Assembly: GCF_006345805.1 (NCBI RefSeq) | Contig: NW_021836359.1 | Coordinates: 1 to 24,469, forward strand | DNA from: Octopus sinensis | Taxonomy: Eukaryota | Length of the DNA stretch: 24,469 bases | Direction: 5' to 3' | Shown: piece after piece, positions 10,010 through 23,373 of the stretch | Layout of the letters: every line of letters begins with the position of its first letter | Numbering within the stretch: the first letter of the stretch is position 1 | Translations under genes and position numbers: made by a program | Notes under the pieces: generated by a model | What the model saw: only the letters and a program-made list of their open reading frames with translations | Told to the model about the DNA's origin: nothing | Databases searched by the model: none

Positions 10010-10871
10010 CAAGTGTTTAAATTCTGCCTGCGTGGTGATTGCTAGAATGGACATGATGGTGCAAACTGCTGCTTCCTGCATCCAAAACCATAAAACATGC
10101 AGACCAAAAGCAAAAGTGTCTCTCTAAAACACAGAGGAAGACCCCAAAGAGGAAAAAGTGCATCACCTGCATCAAAGCTAAAATATGCCGATGTAGTGTG
10201 CACTACCTCTAAAAACCAACCCTACCCAGAAGCTGTCACAAGGGTTGCAGCTGAGTAAGAATCTTTTTATGCATGGCTCAAAAGATTGTGCAACAATTAA
10301 CCTGGTTTCATCAATTTCAGAGTTGGAGCCATCTGCTCCAAGATGCAAGACCGCCACAACCAATGGATCCAGGGTGGCCACCACTGGCATCAGTACAGAG
10401 GTCACACCAGTATACTTCGTAAATGTAAGAGGACTGTTACAACTCAGTAGCAGAACTAAAATTACCTTCCTGAGAGACCTAGTGACCTGCAATCAAGCCT
10501 TATGCATAGCACTCACTGAAACACACTTTCGCAGATGCAGAAATACACATACCGATAACGTTGTATTGCGAAGCGAGAGAAAAGACAGGGGCCATGGTGA
10601 AGTTATAATGTACATCAATGAAGATCTCACATCTCAGATCCTTTTGTCACTCTCAAATTCAGTGTGTGACACACTAATTGTACATATAATACAATTCGAC
10701 ATAGTTATATGTACTACATATCGCCTGCCAGATGCCCCAAATCAAACAGGCCTATTCGAAGACTGTTTTGCAAGACCTCTTCTAAGAGGTATTAACCAAA
10801 CAATAAGAGCACATCAGTGTACTTCTAATGGGAGACTTCTACATGCCCAATGTGAAATGGCTGGAAGGTAA
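10010..10871 (+). mobile_element. CR1-like LINE 5' fragment: ORF1 CCCH zinc-finger remnant plus ORF2 APE endonuclease, decayed
   Basis: QVFKFCLRGDC*NGHDGANCCFLHPK at 10010-10090; YFVNVRGLL...LCIALTETH...RSERKDRGHGEVIMYI...ICTTYRLPD; another frame gives VLLMGDFYMPNVKW. ORF1 probably extends upstream to ~9620. Confidence 0.82.
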
Positions 10872-11312
10872 CAAAATGGAAACAAAAACAGGTCAGTGAG
10901 AACAAAACAGTAAAAACAAACGGTGAGGGCTGTTAAGCCAAGACGATGTGAAGTGGTGAGCGCTAGAGAAACGAGCTTTGAGAAGAGACAGATAAAAGCA
11001 CATCATTTCATTAGGAAGGAAGTGGAAGAAAGATGGATGGCCGTTAGTCACGTGTGAGCGACGAGAGAGTGAAGGGGAGAGGAGAAGAAAAGGGAAAGGC
11101 CATATGACTTGCACTATCACACAAAACACTACATGGCAGCTTTCAAAGAATCTTTGGTGTTATGGGCGCGTTCATAATATATATATAGAGAGATGGAAGA
11201 ACATTGTAGAAAATGAAGGAGAGTATATTTTAGATTAAAAAGTAACTTTGCTTATCTTAATTTTAAAAATAAAAATATAAACAACCGCATTATGTATGGG
11301 ATGACCCAATAA

Positions 11313-11347
<35 letters not shown>

Positions 11348-11350
<3 letters not shown>

Positions 11351-11512
11351 GAATGGATGGCTGAAAATTTTCATGATTACACAATCCCTAATATTTTGCC
11401 TCCTAATTCCCAAGATCTCAATCCACTGGACTATTACATGTGGAGCGTTGTTGAGAGAGAGGTCAATGAACACGCTCATAACACCAAAGATTCTTTGAAA
11501 GCTGCCATGTAG
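11348..11512 (+). mobile_element. Tc1/mariner transposase C-terminal remnant
   Basis: Translates QEWMAENFHDYTIPNILPPNSQDLNPLDYYMWSVVEREVNEHAHNTKDSLKAAM*, matching the WPPxSPDLNPLD motif. Confidence 0.8.
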
Positions 11513-11740
11513 TGTGATTCTCCAACTCAGTGACATATTTGTCTGTTTTATATAGTCATGTCATAATTATTTAGGACATGTATCTATACTGGCCATCTAG
11601 AAAATAAGAAATAAAAAATAAGACAATAAGAAAATAAGAAATCTCCATTAGTGTCTGTTTAAAACGTGTTTTCGTCATGACCTCAGTGATACTAAAAATT
11701 TTATAAAGAATTTCTAATGCCTAGTTACTTCCTCCGTGTG

Positions 11741-11798
<58 letters not shown>

Positions 11799-11806
11799 TA
11801 TATATA

Positions 11807-12252
11807 TCCTTAAATCCTTAAAAATGTTCTAGCCAGAAGGCCGCGGCCAAGCTGGGGCACCACCACTGAATGAGCTCCACTAATATGTGAATCCCCCCCT
11901 CTGATACGTGGCACTTGATCAACAAGGGAGTTCGATGCTGCTGCCCGCATCTGCGTCTCCTGTCGTGAGGTAGGTTCATCTGGTACTCCCGACAAGAAGA
12001 GATCCAGTTTAGTTTTAAAGAAATCCACATCCACACCATGTAAGTTTCTCAGGGAGGACGTTAAAGAGCTGAGGTCCTCTGAAACCCAAGCTGTTGCAGT
12101 ATCTGGACCTGTATTTTGATGGTGATGTTGGAATCTTTGGCACCATGCAGTGGCGCCCCGTTCTGCGGTTGGGGTAATTTTGAATGCCAAAGTTTGGGAC
12201 AAGACCATCCAGGATTTTCCAGATGTATATCACCGCATATCACTCCCGCCTC

Positions 12253-12257
<5 letters not shown>
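11807..12257 (-). mobile_element. CR1-like LINE 3' end (RT C-terminus, 3' UTR, TTAAGGA tail)
   Basis: ERRRE*YAVIYIWKILDGLVPNFG...SLGFRGPQLFNVLP, then after a frameshift LRNLHGVDVDFFKTKLDLFLSGVPDEP...RAAASNSLVDQ. The 3' UTR has ggtggtgccccagcttggccgc and ends tttaaggatttaagga at (TA)n. Confidence 0.85.
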
Positions 12258-12346
<89 letters not shown>

Positions 12347-12348
<2 letters not shown>

Positions 12349-12673
12349 GTATAATGAAAATAAACGTCTGTGTGTCTGTCGATTTATAAGAAGAAAGGCT
12401 AGAGCATCTAAAAAGACCTAAAAGTGTGAAATTTTTCCAGGAAGACAGTGGAAGTGGTCTCGAGTCTCTAGGTGCCCCCTAATGGGATCCACGGGTAATT
12501 TCCAAAATGTTTCACATAGCACAGTACCCCTCACCCCACCAAAAATGACCGGTCTAAAGGAGATAACTAAATAAAAGATGAAACCCCAATAAATTGTTCA
12601 ATGCAATCTTAGTGAATGACTTCCAATATTCATAGTACAATTTTGTCAGCTTTTTCAACCCAGTCCACAACGG

Positions 12674-12674
<1 letters not shown>
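12347..12674 (+). repeat. Unclassified ~328 bp interspersed repeat (other copies 21148-21475 and partial 13771-13899)
   Basis: Near-identical sequence acgtataatgaaaataaacgtctgtgtgtctgtc...cccagtccacaacggt at three places, flanked by microsatellites. Confidence 0.85.
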
Positions 12675-12711
<37 letters not shown>

Positions 12712-12743
12712 ATATATAATAATATATATATATATATATATGT

Positions 12744-12769
<26 letters not shown>

Positions 12770-12776
<7 letters not shown>

Positions 12777-13300
12777 TGGAAGAACATTGTAGAAAATGAA
12801 GGAGAGTATATTTTAGATTAAAAAATAACTTTGCTTATCTTAATTTTTAAAAATAAAAATATAAACAACCGCATGATGTATGGGATGACCCAATACACAG
12901 ACACACACACACACAGAGGAATAGATGGCTAAAAATTTTCATGATTACACAATCCCTAATATTTGGCCTCCTTCCCAAGATCTCAATTCACTGGACTATT
13001 ACATGTGGAGCGTTGTTGAGAGAGAGGTCAATGAACACGCTCATAACACCAAAGATTCTTTGAAAGCTGCCATGTAGCGTGATTCTCCATCTCAGTGACA
13101 TATTTGTCTGTTTTATATGGTCATGTCATAATTATTTAGGACATGTATCTATACTGGCCATCTAGAAAATAAGAAATAAAAAATAAGACAATAAGAAAAT
13201 AAGAAATCTCCATTAGTGTCTGTTTAAAACGTGTTTTCGTCATGACCTCAGTGATACTAAAAAATTTATAAACAATTTCTAATGCCTAGTTACTTCCTCC

Positions 13301-13336
<36 letters not shown>

Positions 13337-13570
13337 TTAAATCCTTAAAAATGTTCTAGCCCGAAGGCCGCGGCTATGCTGGAGCACCACCACTGAATGA
13401 GCTCCACTAATATGTGAATCCCCCTCTGATACGTGGCACTTGATCAACAAGGGAGTTCGATGCTGCTGCGGTATCTGGACCTGTATTTTGATGGTGATGT
13501 TGGAAACTTTGGCACCATGCAGTGGCGCCCCGTTCTGCGGTTGGGGTAACTTTGAATGCCAAAGTTTGGG
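12770..13570 (+). repeat. Direct duplication of ~11189-12198 (Tc1 remnant plus LINE 3' end) with an internal 153 bp deletion
   Basis: agagatggaagaacattgtag...aaagtttggg matches the earlier copy with scattered substitutions; the segment equivalent to 11945-12097 is missing. Confidence 0.9.
12918..13077 (+). mobile_element. Tc1/mariner transposase remnant, duplicated copy
   Basis: Copy of 11348-11512 with a small deletion near the WPPxSPDLN motif. Confidence 0.75.
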
Positions 13571-13661
13571 CATGGCCGCAGTCAAATGACTGTGAAACAA
13601 GTAAAAGAGTAATATATATATATATATATATATATAATAATATATATTATATATATAATAT

Positions 13662-13772
13662 ACCGGAGTAGTAAAGACATAAATGTGAAACAAGGTGGAA
13701 AAAAGAGTACTCAAATATCAGTGTTAGAGTAATACCAGTGGTAGAGTACTCAAATACCAGTGGTAGAGTAAT
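13662..13772 (-). repeat. 3' fragment of the HHR family G element, with short internal duplications
   Basis: Reverse complement of 23611-23680 (ttactctaccactggtatttgagtactc...tactccggt); taccagtggtagagta is repeated. Confidence 0.8.
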
Positions 13773-13963
13773 GACCGGTCTAAAGGAGATAACTAATTAA
13801 AAGTTGAAACCCCAATAAATTGTTCAATGCAATCTTAGTGAATGACTTCCAATATTCATAGTACAATTTTGGCAGCTTTTTCACCCAGTCCACAACGGTA
13901 TATATATATATATACCATCCAGGATTTTCCAGATGTATATCACCGCATATCTCTCCGCCTCCG

Positions 13964-14033
<70 letters not shown>

Positions 14034-14060
14034 TATATATATTTATTATTATATAGAAGG

Positions 14061-14110
14061 AGCTTCTACAGGACTAGTACTGTTTCATTCAGAGAAATCT
14101 TCAGGAAGCT
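14061..14110 (-). ncRNA. Type I hammerhead motif, family E copy 1
   Basis: Minus strand reads agcttc CTGAAGA tttctctgaat GAA acag tactagtc ctgt A gaagct. Perfect 6 bp stem I, short stem II, GUA triplet. Confidence 0.8.
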
Positions 14111-14850
14111 ATTAACAAGAATTGTATTAGCATTTATACATTTAGGCAGGTTTAAAGGAGTGGTGGTGGGGGACTTTTTTGGGGTAGGCATAGCGCAAAA
14201 TATCATACTTGGGGGAGTGGTCAAGGAGTCAGTGGTAAGTTAGATGAAAGAATAGATAATAAAAAAAATAAATAAAAAAAAAAAAAAAAAAAAAAAAAAT
14301 AAAAAATAAAAAATAAAAAAATAAAAAATAAAAAAAAAAAAAATAAAAATAAAAATAATAAAAAAAATAAAAAAAATAAATGTGTGCACATACATACATA
14401 AAAACATATACATACACACACATACGTACACATGTGTGCCTATACATACCTACACATACACACATACATACATAATATATTATATATATATATATATATT
14501 ATATAATATATATATATAACACAATCAAATACAGGCCCATTCCCTAATTTTAATTTTATTATCTTCATTTATTACTTTTGTTATCTTTGATCGCTAGGGC
14601 TAAGGATCCTGGCGATGGCAGCATGTCCAATTGTCTGTCTACTAGAAGGCAAGTACTCGTTCCCGCACGCACACTCATTAGCACGTACATACACCCATTC
14701 GTACACTCATACACATACACGTACGCACGCGTATATTCATACATACAAACATCTACATACGTTCACATATATACACATACGTACTCGTACCTACAGATTC
14801 ATGTCTACACTTTAGGAGGCTAGTCTTATATATACACCAATAAATATACA

Positions 14851-14899
<49 letters not shown>

Positions 14900-14963
14900 A
14901 CACACACCACACACACATATATTACTCCTACATACAGATACATACCCATATATATATACATAT

Positions 14964-15036
<73 letters not shown>

Positions 15037-15261
15037 CATACACCACACACACATATATATACACACACATACATACACATATATAACATACACAAACATA
15101 ATACACACATATATATATATACATATATACACACATACATACACACACCTACATACATATACACACACACATACATACGTCAACATACATACATACATCC
15201 ATACATCCATACTTACATGCATTTATACGCATACATACACCCCATATATATATATATAAAA

Positions 15262-15335
<74 letters not shown>

Positions 15336-15416
15336 GGTCCGGGCTGATCCGGGTTAACCACAGTAAGTAAGGTACTCAATACATCGCAGAGTAAAATTAA
15401 TTTATTATATAGAAGG

Positions 15417-15465
15417 AGCTTCCAGGACTAGTACTGTTTCATTCAAGAGAAATCTTCAGGAAGCT
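15417..15465 (-). ncRNA. Type I hammerhead motif, family E copy 2 (UA of the cleavage triplet deleted)
   Basis: Same as 14061-14110 but ctgga replaces ctgtaga. Confidence 0.65.
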
Positions 15466-15780
15466 ATTTAACAAGAATTTATTAGCATTTATACATTTAG
15501 GCAGGTTTAAAGGAGTGGTGGTGGGGGACTTTTTTGGGGTAGGCATAGCGCAAAATATCATACTTGGGGGAGTGGTCACGGAGTCAGTGGTAAGTTAGAT
15601 GAAAGAATAGATAAATAAAAAAATAAAAAATAAAAAAAAAAATAAAAAATAAAAAATAAAAAATAAAATGTGTGCACATACATACATAAACACATATACT
15701 ACACACACACATACGTACACATGTGTGCCTTATACATACCTACACATACACACATACACATACATATTATATACATACAT

Positions 15781-15846
<66 letters not shown>

Positions 15847-16328
15847 ATCCAATACAGCCCATTCCCTAATTTTAATTTATATCTTCATTTATTACTTTTG
15901 TTATCTTTGATCGCTAGAGCTAAGGATCCTGGCGATGGCAGCATGTCCAAATTGTCTGTCTACTAGGAGGCAAGTACTCGTTCCCGCACGCACACTCATT
16001 AGCACGTACATACACCCATTCGTACACTCATACACATACACGTACGCAACGCGTTATATTCATACATACAACACATTTCATACGGTCACGTATATACACA
16101 TACGTACTCGTACTACAGATTCATGTCTACACTTTAGGAGGCTAGTCTATATATATACACCAATAAATATACATATATATATATTATATATATATATACA
16201 TATATATATATACACATATACACATACACACACACACACACATATATATACTCCTACATACAGATACATACCTATATATATAATATATATATATACCCAC
16301 ACATACATGTACACATATATATATATAC

Positions 16329-16381
<53 letters not shown>

Positions 16382-16604
16382 CATACATACATACACACAC
16401 ACCCATATATATACACACACATACATACACTATATATACATACACAAACATATATACACACATATATATATATACATATATACACACATACATACACACA
16501 CCTACATACATATACACACAAACACATACATACGTAAAACATACATACATACATCCATACATCCATACTTACATGCACTTATACGCATACACCACACCCC
16601 CATC

Positions 16605-16635
<31 letters not shown>

Positions 16636-17216
16636 ATATTATATATATATATATATATACACACTCAGACATACATATACAAATATACGCCCACACATAC
16701 ATACATACATACACGTATACGCATACACGCACTACACATATACATGCGTACCCATACACGTGCCCACACGCACATGCATCCATATGTATACACACACACA
16801 CATATATACACGTGTGCAAGCATACATACATACTCATACACGCACACATACTTACATATACATATATGCACACACTTACACACATATATACATACACATA
16901 TACATGCATACATACATATATGCATACATACACATACACGCACATAACATATACACATGCGTACCCATACACGTGCACGCACGCACGCGCATCCATATAT
17001 ATACACACGCACGCATATATATACACGTGTGCAAGCATACATACATACTCATACACGCGCACATATTTACATATACATATATGCACACACTTCCACACAT
17101 ATATACATACACATATCATGCATACATACATTATGCATACATACACACACGCGCACTCATATATACATATATATATACACACACATACACATATATACAT
17201 ATACATATATATGTAT

Positions 17217-17249
<33 letters not shown>

Positions 17250-17361
17250 TATATATACACACACTACACATACACACACATATACATACATATACACATA
17301 CATATATATACACATATACACATACACATACATGCACACATACACACACATACAATACACC

Positions 17362-17403
<42 letters not shown>

Positions 17404-18152
17404 TAGGTGTGTACATATGTGTATATATATATATATATATATGTATGTAGGTGTATGTGTATGTGTGTGTATGTGTGCATGTATGTGTATGTGTATATGT
17501 GTATATATATGTATGTGTATATGTATGTATATGTGTGTGTATGTGTATTGTATATATATATATATAATATATTATATATATATATATACATATATATATG
17601 TATATGTATATTGTGTATGTGTGTGTATATATATATGTATTATGAGTGCGCGTGTGTGTATGTATGCATATATGTATGTATGCATGTATATGTGTATGTA
17701 TATATGTGTGGAAGTGTGTGCATATATGTATATGTAAATATGTGCGCGTGTATGAGTATGTATGTATGCTTGCCACACGTGTATATATATGCGTGCGTGT
17801 GTATATATATGGATGCGCGTGCGTGCGTGGCACACGTGTATGGGTACGCATGTGTATATGTGTATGTGCGTGTATGTGTATGTATGCATATATGTAGTAT
17901 GCATGTATATGTGTATGTATATATGTGTGTAAGTGTGTGCATATATGTATATGTAAGTATGTGTGCGTGTGTATGAGTATGTATGTATGCTTGCACACGT
18001 GTATATAGGTGTGGGTGTGTATACATATGGATGCATGTGCGTGTGGGCACGGTATGGGTACGCATGTATATGTGTATGTGCGTGTATGCGTATACGTGTA
18101 TGTATGTATGTATGTGTGGGCGTATATTTGTATATGTATGTCTGAGTGTGTG

Positions 18153-18200
<48 letters not shown>

Positions 18201-18439
18201 ATATATATATATATAGATGGGGGTGTGTGTATGCGTATAAGTGCATGTAAGTATGGATGTATGGATGTATGTATGTATGTTTACGTATGTATGTGTTTGT
18301 GTGTATATGTATGTAGGTGTGTGTATGTATGTGTGTATATATGTATATATATATATATGTGTGTATATATGTTTGTGTATGTATATATATGTGTATGTAT
18401 GTGTGTGTATATATATGGGTGTGTGTGTATGTATGTATG

Positions 18440-18476
<37 letters not shown>

Positions 18477-18604
18477 TATATGTGTATGTATATATATATA
18501 TATATGTGTACATGTATGTGTGGGTATATATATATATATATATAGGTATGTATCTGTATGTAGGAGTATATATATGTGTGTGTGTGTGTGTATGTGTATA
18601 TGTG

Positions 18605-18651
<47 letters not shown>

Positions 18652-19356
18652 TTATTGGTGTATATATATAGACTAGCCTCCTAAAGTGTAGACATGAATC
18701 TGTAGGTACGAGTACGTATGTGTATATACGTGAACGTATGAAGATGTTTGTATGTATGAATGTAACGCGTGCGTACGTGTATGTGTATGAGTGTACGAAT
18801 GGGTGTATGTACGTGCTAATGAGTGTGCGTGGGGGAACGAGTACTTGCCTTCTAGTAGACAGACAATTTGGACATGCTGCCATCGCAGGATCCTTAGCTC
18901 TAGCGATCAAAGATAACAAAAAGTAATAAATGAAGATAATAAAATTAAAATTAGGGAATGGGCCTGTATTGGATTGTGTATATATATATATATAATATAT
19001 ATATTATATATAATATATATATAATATATGTGTGTATATATGTATATATATATATGTATGTGTATGTGTGTATGTGTAGTATGTATAGGCACAAATGGTA
19101 CGTATGTGTGTGTGTATGTATATGTGTTTATGTATGTATGTGCACCACATTTTTTTTTTTATTTTTTAGTTTTTATTTTTTATTTTTTATTTTTTATTTT
19201 TTATTTATCTATTCTTTCATCTAACTTACCACTGACTCCTTGACCACTCCCCCAAGTATGATATTTTGCGCTATGCCTACCCCAAAAAAAGTCCCCCACC
19301 ACCACTCTTTAAACCTGCCTCTAAATGTATAAATGCTAATACAATTCTTGTTAAAT

Positions 19357-19406
19357 AGCTTCCTGAAGATTTCTCTTGAATGAACAGTACTAGTCCTGTA
19401 GAAGCT
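19357..19406 (+). ncRNA. Type I hammerhead motif, family E copy 3 (GAA instead of GAAA)
   Basis: agcttc CTGAAGA tttctcttgaat GA acagtactagtcctgt A gaagct. Confidence 0.68.
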
Positions 19407-19444
19407 CCTTCTATATAATAATATATATATATATATTATATATA

Positions 19445-19942
19445 TACACACTCACACATACATATACCAAATATACGCCCACACATACATACATACAAGT
19501 ATACGCATACACGCACATACACATATACATGCGTACCCATAACGTGCACCCACGCACATGCATCCATATATATACACACACACACACATATATACACGTG
19601 TGCAAGCATACATACATACTCATACACGCACACATACTTACATATACATATATGCACACACTTACACACATATATACATACACATATACATGCATACATA
19701 CATATATGCATACATACACATACACGCACATACACATATACACATGCGTACCCATACACGTGCACGCACGCACGCGCATCCATATAATACACACACACAC
19801 ATATAATACACGTGTGCAAGCATACATTAATACTCATACACGCGCACATACTTAATATACATATATGACACACTTACACACATATATACATACACATATA
19901 CATGCATACATACATATATGACATACACACACACGCGCACTC

Positions 19943-19982
<40 letters not shown>

Positions 19983-20720
19983 CACATATATATATATACA
20001 TATATATACACAAACATATATATTCACATATACACATACACATACATGCACCCTACACACACATACACATACACATACATATATATATATACATATATAT
20101 ACACATATATACACATATACACATACATATATACACACATACATACATATACATACACACACACATACATATACACGGATACACATACCATACATATATA
20201 TAGTATATATATACAACAACACACACTATACACATGCATAACTTATATCTCTACATACTCACATATAAACATATATATATATACACACACACATATATAT
20301 ACATGTACACACACAATACACATATACATAAACATATACACATACACACCATACATATATATATATATATACACATACATATACTATATACATAATTATA
20401 TATATATACACATATATATATACATATACCCCCACATATTATACATATAATACACACATATACACACAACCACACACACATACATATACACATATACATG
20501 TATACATACGCAATAATGATAAACATATCTACACATTACACACACACAGACAGATGCATATACATACATATATATATATATAAACTACATATCTATATAA
20601 ATACATACATAATACAATATACACACACTATATACATACATATACATAACATATATATATACATATATATATATATACATAATATATAATATATACATAT
20701 ATATATATACATATATACAT
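19445..20720 (+). repeat. Forward-orientation, progressively degenerate copy of the 16660-17350 CA/TA complex repeat
   Basis: Shares anchors aaatatacgcccacacatac, atgcgtacccatacacgtgc and acacgtgtgcaagcatac, then decays into irregular CA/TA. Confidence 0.75.
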
Positions 20721-20724
20721 ATAT

Positions 20725-21074
20725 TTTTTTTTATTTTTTATTTATTTTTATTTTTTTTTTTTTTTTTTTTATTTGTTATTTTTTATTTTTTTTTTATCTA
20801 TTCTTTCATCTAATACCACTGACTCCTTGACCACTCCCCCAAGTATGATATTTTGCGCTATGCCTACCCCGAAAACAAGTCCCCCACCACCACTCCTTTA
20901 AAACTGCCTAAATGTATAAATGCTAATACAATTCTTGTTAAATAGTTTCCTGAAGATTTCTCTTGAATGAAACAGTACTAGTCCTGTAGAACTCCTTCTA
21001 TATAATAAATTAATTTACTCTGCTATGTATTGAGTACCTTACTTATGTGGTTAACCCCGGATCAACCCGGGACC

Positions 21075-21077
<3 letters not shown>
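20725..21077 (+). repeat. Family E 3' end, reverse complement of ~15333-15665
   Basis: T-rich tract, then ctattctttcatc...ccactcccccaagtatg...cccgggacctac, then (TA)n. Confidence 0.88.
20944..20993 (+). ncRNA. Type I hammerhead motif, family E copy 4
   Basis: agtttc CTGAAGA tttctcttgaat GAA acagtactagtcctgt A gaact; core intact. Confidence 0.75.
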
Positions 21078-21147
<70 letters not shown>

Positions 21148-21472
21148 ACGTATAATGAAAATAAACGTCTGTGTGTCTGTCGATTTATAAGAAGAAAGGC
21201 TAGAGCATTTAAAAAGACCTAAAAGTGTGAAATTTTTCCAGGAAGACAGTGGATGTGGTCTCGAGTCTCTAAGTGCCCCTAATGGGTTCCACGGGCGATT
21301 TCCAGAATGTTTCACATAGCACAGTACCCCTCACCCCACCAAAAATGACCGGTATAAAGGAGATAACTAATTAAAAGTTGAAACACCAATAAATTGTTTC
21401 AATGCAATCTTAGTGAATGACTTCCAATATTCATAGTACAATTTTGGCAGCTTTTCAAACCCAGTCCACAAC

Positions 21473-21475
<3 letters not shown>
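21148..21475 (+). repeat. Copy of the unclassified ~328 bp repeat at 12347-12674
   Basis: Direct sequence match with several substitutions. Confidence 0.85.
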
Positions 21476-21571
<96 letters not shown>

Positions 21572-21795
21572 ATAATTAATCAATATAGGGTGGCAAAAAC
21601 TTTTGTAGGAATTTTCTTGCCACCAGCGGCCTAGTGGGAAAAAATTAAATAGTCATAGACCATTTTAAGTTCAACATCAACAATCAAGGAACGGCCATAA
21701 TAGGCCATTCACCCACTAGAAATAACAGCCAAGCTTCAACCGCAATAAAGTCAATTCCGTAAACAGGAGAAAATTTAAAAAACATTTACCCTGTA

Positions 21796-21900
21796 ATTTC
21801 TTATACGATGCACCGTTTCGTCTGCTGTTAATGGTAAACTAACCTGATTAATTAAATCAAGCCAATCTTCCATAGGCCCTCAGATTCTTCAGTAAGAAAT
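21796..21900 (-). ncRNA. Type I hammerhead ribozyme, family F copy 1
   Basis: Minus strand reads atttctta CTGAAGA a tctg...caga c GAA acggtgcatcgt A taagaaat. Perfect 8 bp stem I, extended stem II, GUA triplet. Confidence 0.85.
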
Positions 21901-22281
21901 AGCCACAAGTCAGAACAGATATTTTCACGAGGCATTTCCGACCGTGCCAAGTTAATATCTGACCTAAAATTTTCAAATCATCGCACTCGCGCCAAATTTA
22001 TCGGCAGCAAATAAATATAAGCCGTCGATTCCATTACGGAATTACCAGAAAATTCATAATTAATCAATATAGGTGGCAAAAAAATTTGTAGAATTTTCTT
22101 GCCACCAGCGGCCTAGTGGGAAAAAATTAAATAGTCATAGACCATTTTAAAGTTCAACATCAACAATCAAGGAACGGCCATAATAGGCCATTCACCCACT
22201 AGAAATAACAGCCAAAGCTTCAACCGCAAATAAAAGTCAATTCCGTAAACAGGAGAAAATTTAAAAAACATTTACCCTGTA

Positions 22282-22388
22282 ATTTCTTATACGATGCACC
22301 GTTTCGTCTGCTGTTTAATGGTAAACTAACCTGATTAAATTAAATCAAGCCAATCTTCCATAGGCCCTCAGATTCTTCAGTAAGAAAT
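22282..22388 (-). ncRNA. Type I hammerhead ribozyme, family F copy 2
   Basis: As copy 1, 486 bp downstream. Confidence 0.85.
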
Positions 22389-22658
22389 AGCCACAAGTCG
22401 GAACAGATATTTTCACGAGGCATTTCCGACCCTGCCAAGTAAATATAAGCCGTCGCAAGAAAATTCTACAAAATTTTTTTGCCACCCTATATTGATTAAT
22501 TATGAATTTTCTGGTTAATTCCGTAATGGAATCGACGGCTTATATTTATTTGCTGCCGATAAATTTGGCGCGAGTGCGATGATTTGAAAATTTTAGGTCA
22601 GATATTAACTTGCAGGGTCGGAAATGCCTCGTGAAAATATCTGTTCCGACTTGTGGCT

Positions 22659-22763
22659 ATTTCTTACTGAAGAATCTGAGGGCCTATGGAAGATTGGCTG
22701 ATTTAATTTAATCAGGTTAGTTTACCATTAACAGCAGACGAAACGGTGCATCGTATAAGAAAT
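22659..22763 (+). ncRNA. Type I hammerhead ribozyme, family F copy 3
   Basis: atttcttaCTGAAGAatctg...cagacGAAAcggtgcatcGTAtaagaaat read directly. Confidence 0.85.
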
Positions 22764-23147
22764 TACAGGGTAAATGTTTTTTAAATTTTCTCCTGTTTAC
22801 GGAATTGACTTTTATTTGCGGTTGAAGCTTTGGCTGTTATTTCTAGTGGGTGAATGGCCTATTATGGCCGTTCCTTGATTGTTGATGTTGAACTTTAAAA
22901 TGGTCTATGACTATTTAATTTTTTCCCACTAGGCCGCTGGTGGCAAGAAAATTCTACAAAATTTTTTTGCCACCCTATATTGATTAATTATGAATTTTCT
23001 GGTTAATTCCGTAATGGAATCGACGGCTTATATTTATTTGCTGCCGATAAATTTGGCGCGAGTGCGATGATTTGAAAATTTTAGGTCAGATATTAACTTG
23101 GCACGGTCGGAAATGCCTCGTGAAAATATCTGTTCCGACTTGTGGCT

Positions 23148-23252
23148 ATTTCTACTGAAGAATCTGAGGGCCTATGGAAGATTGGCTTGATTTAATTTAA
23201 TCAGGTTAGTTTACCATTAAAAGCAGACGAAACGGTGCATCGTATAAGAAAT
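23148..23252 (+). ncRNA. Type I hammerhead ribozyme, family F copy 4
   Basis: As copy 3, 489 bp downstream, with one T missing in stem I. Confidence 0.82.
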
Positions 23253-23373
23253 TACAGGGTTAAATGTTATTTTAATTTTTCCTGTTTACGGAATGACTTT
23301 TATTTGCTTGGGTTGAAGATTTGGCTGTTATTTCTAGTGGGTGAATGGCCTATTATGGCCGTTCCTTGATTGT

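Larger units (their letters stand above)
14045..16610 (-). mobile_element. Two tandem copies of a ~1.36 kb non-coding, HHR-bearing, microsatellite-rich unit (family E)
   Basis: Unique blocks 14045-14258/15401-15612 and 14521-14826/15844-16146 repeat with a ~1.32-1.36 kb period, separated by A-rich and (TA/CA)n tracts. Classing it as mobile is inferred from the HHR. Confidence 0.6.
15400..19420. repeat. ~4 kb inverted repeat (foldback) centred at ~17410
   Basis: 15844-16146 mirrors 18671-18978 and 15401-15610 mirrors 19205-19420 (coordinate sums ~34815-34822). CA-rich sequence flips to TG-rich at ~17400-17420. Confidence 0.92.

Noticed and set aside
14221-20689. Dozens of ORFs rich in Y/I/H/T or C/V/M/Y, up to 325 aa
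   Set aside because: They are translations of (TA)n/(CA)n/(TG)n repeats, which lack stop codons; they occur in all frames on both strands.
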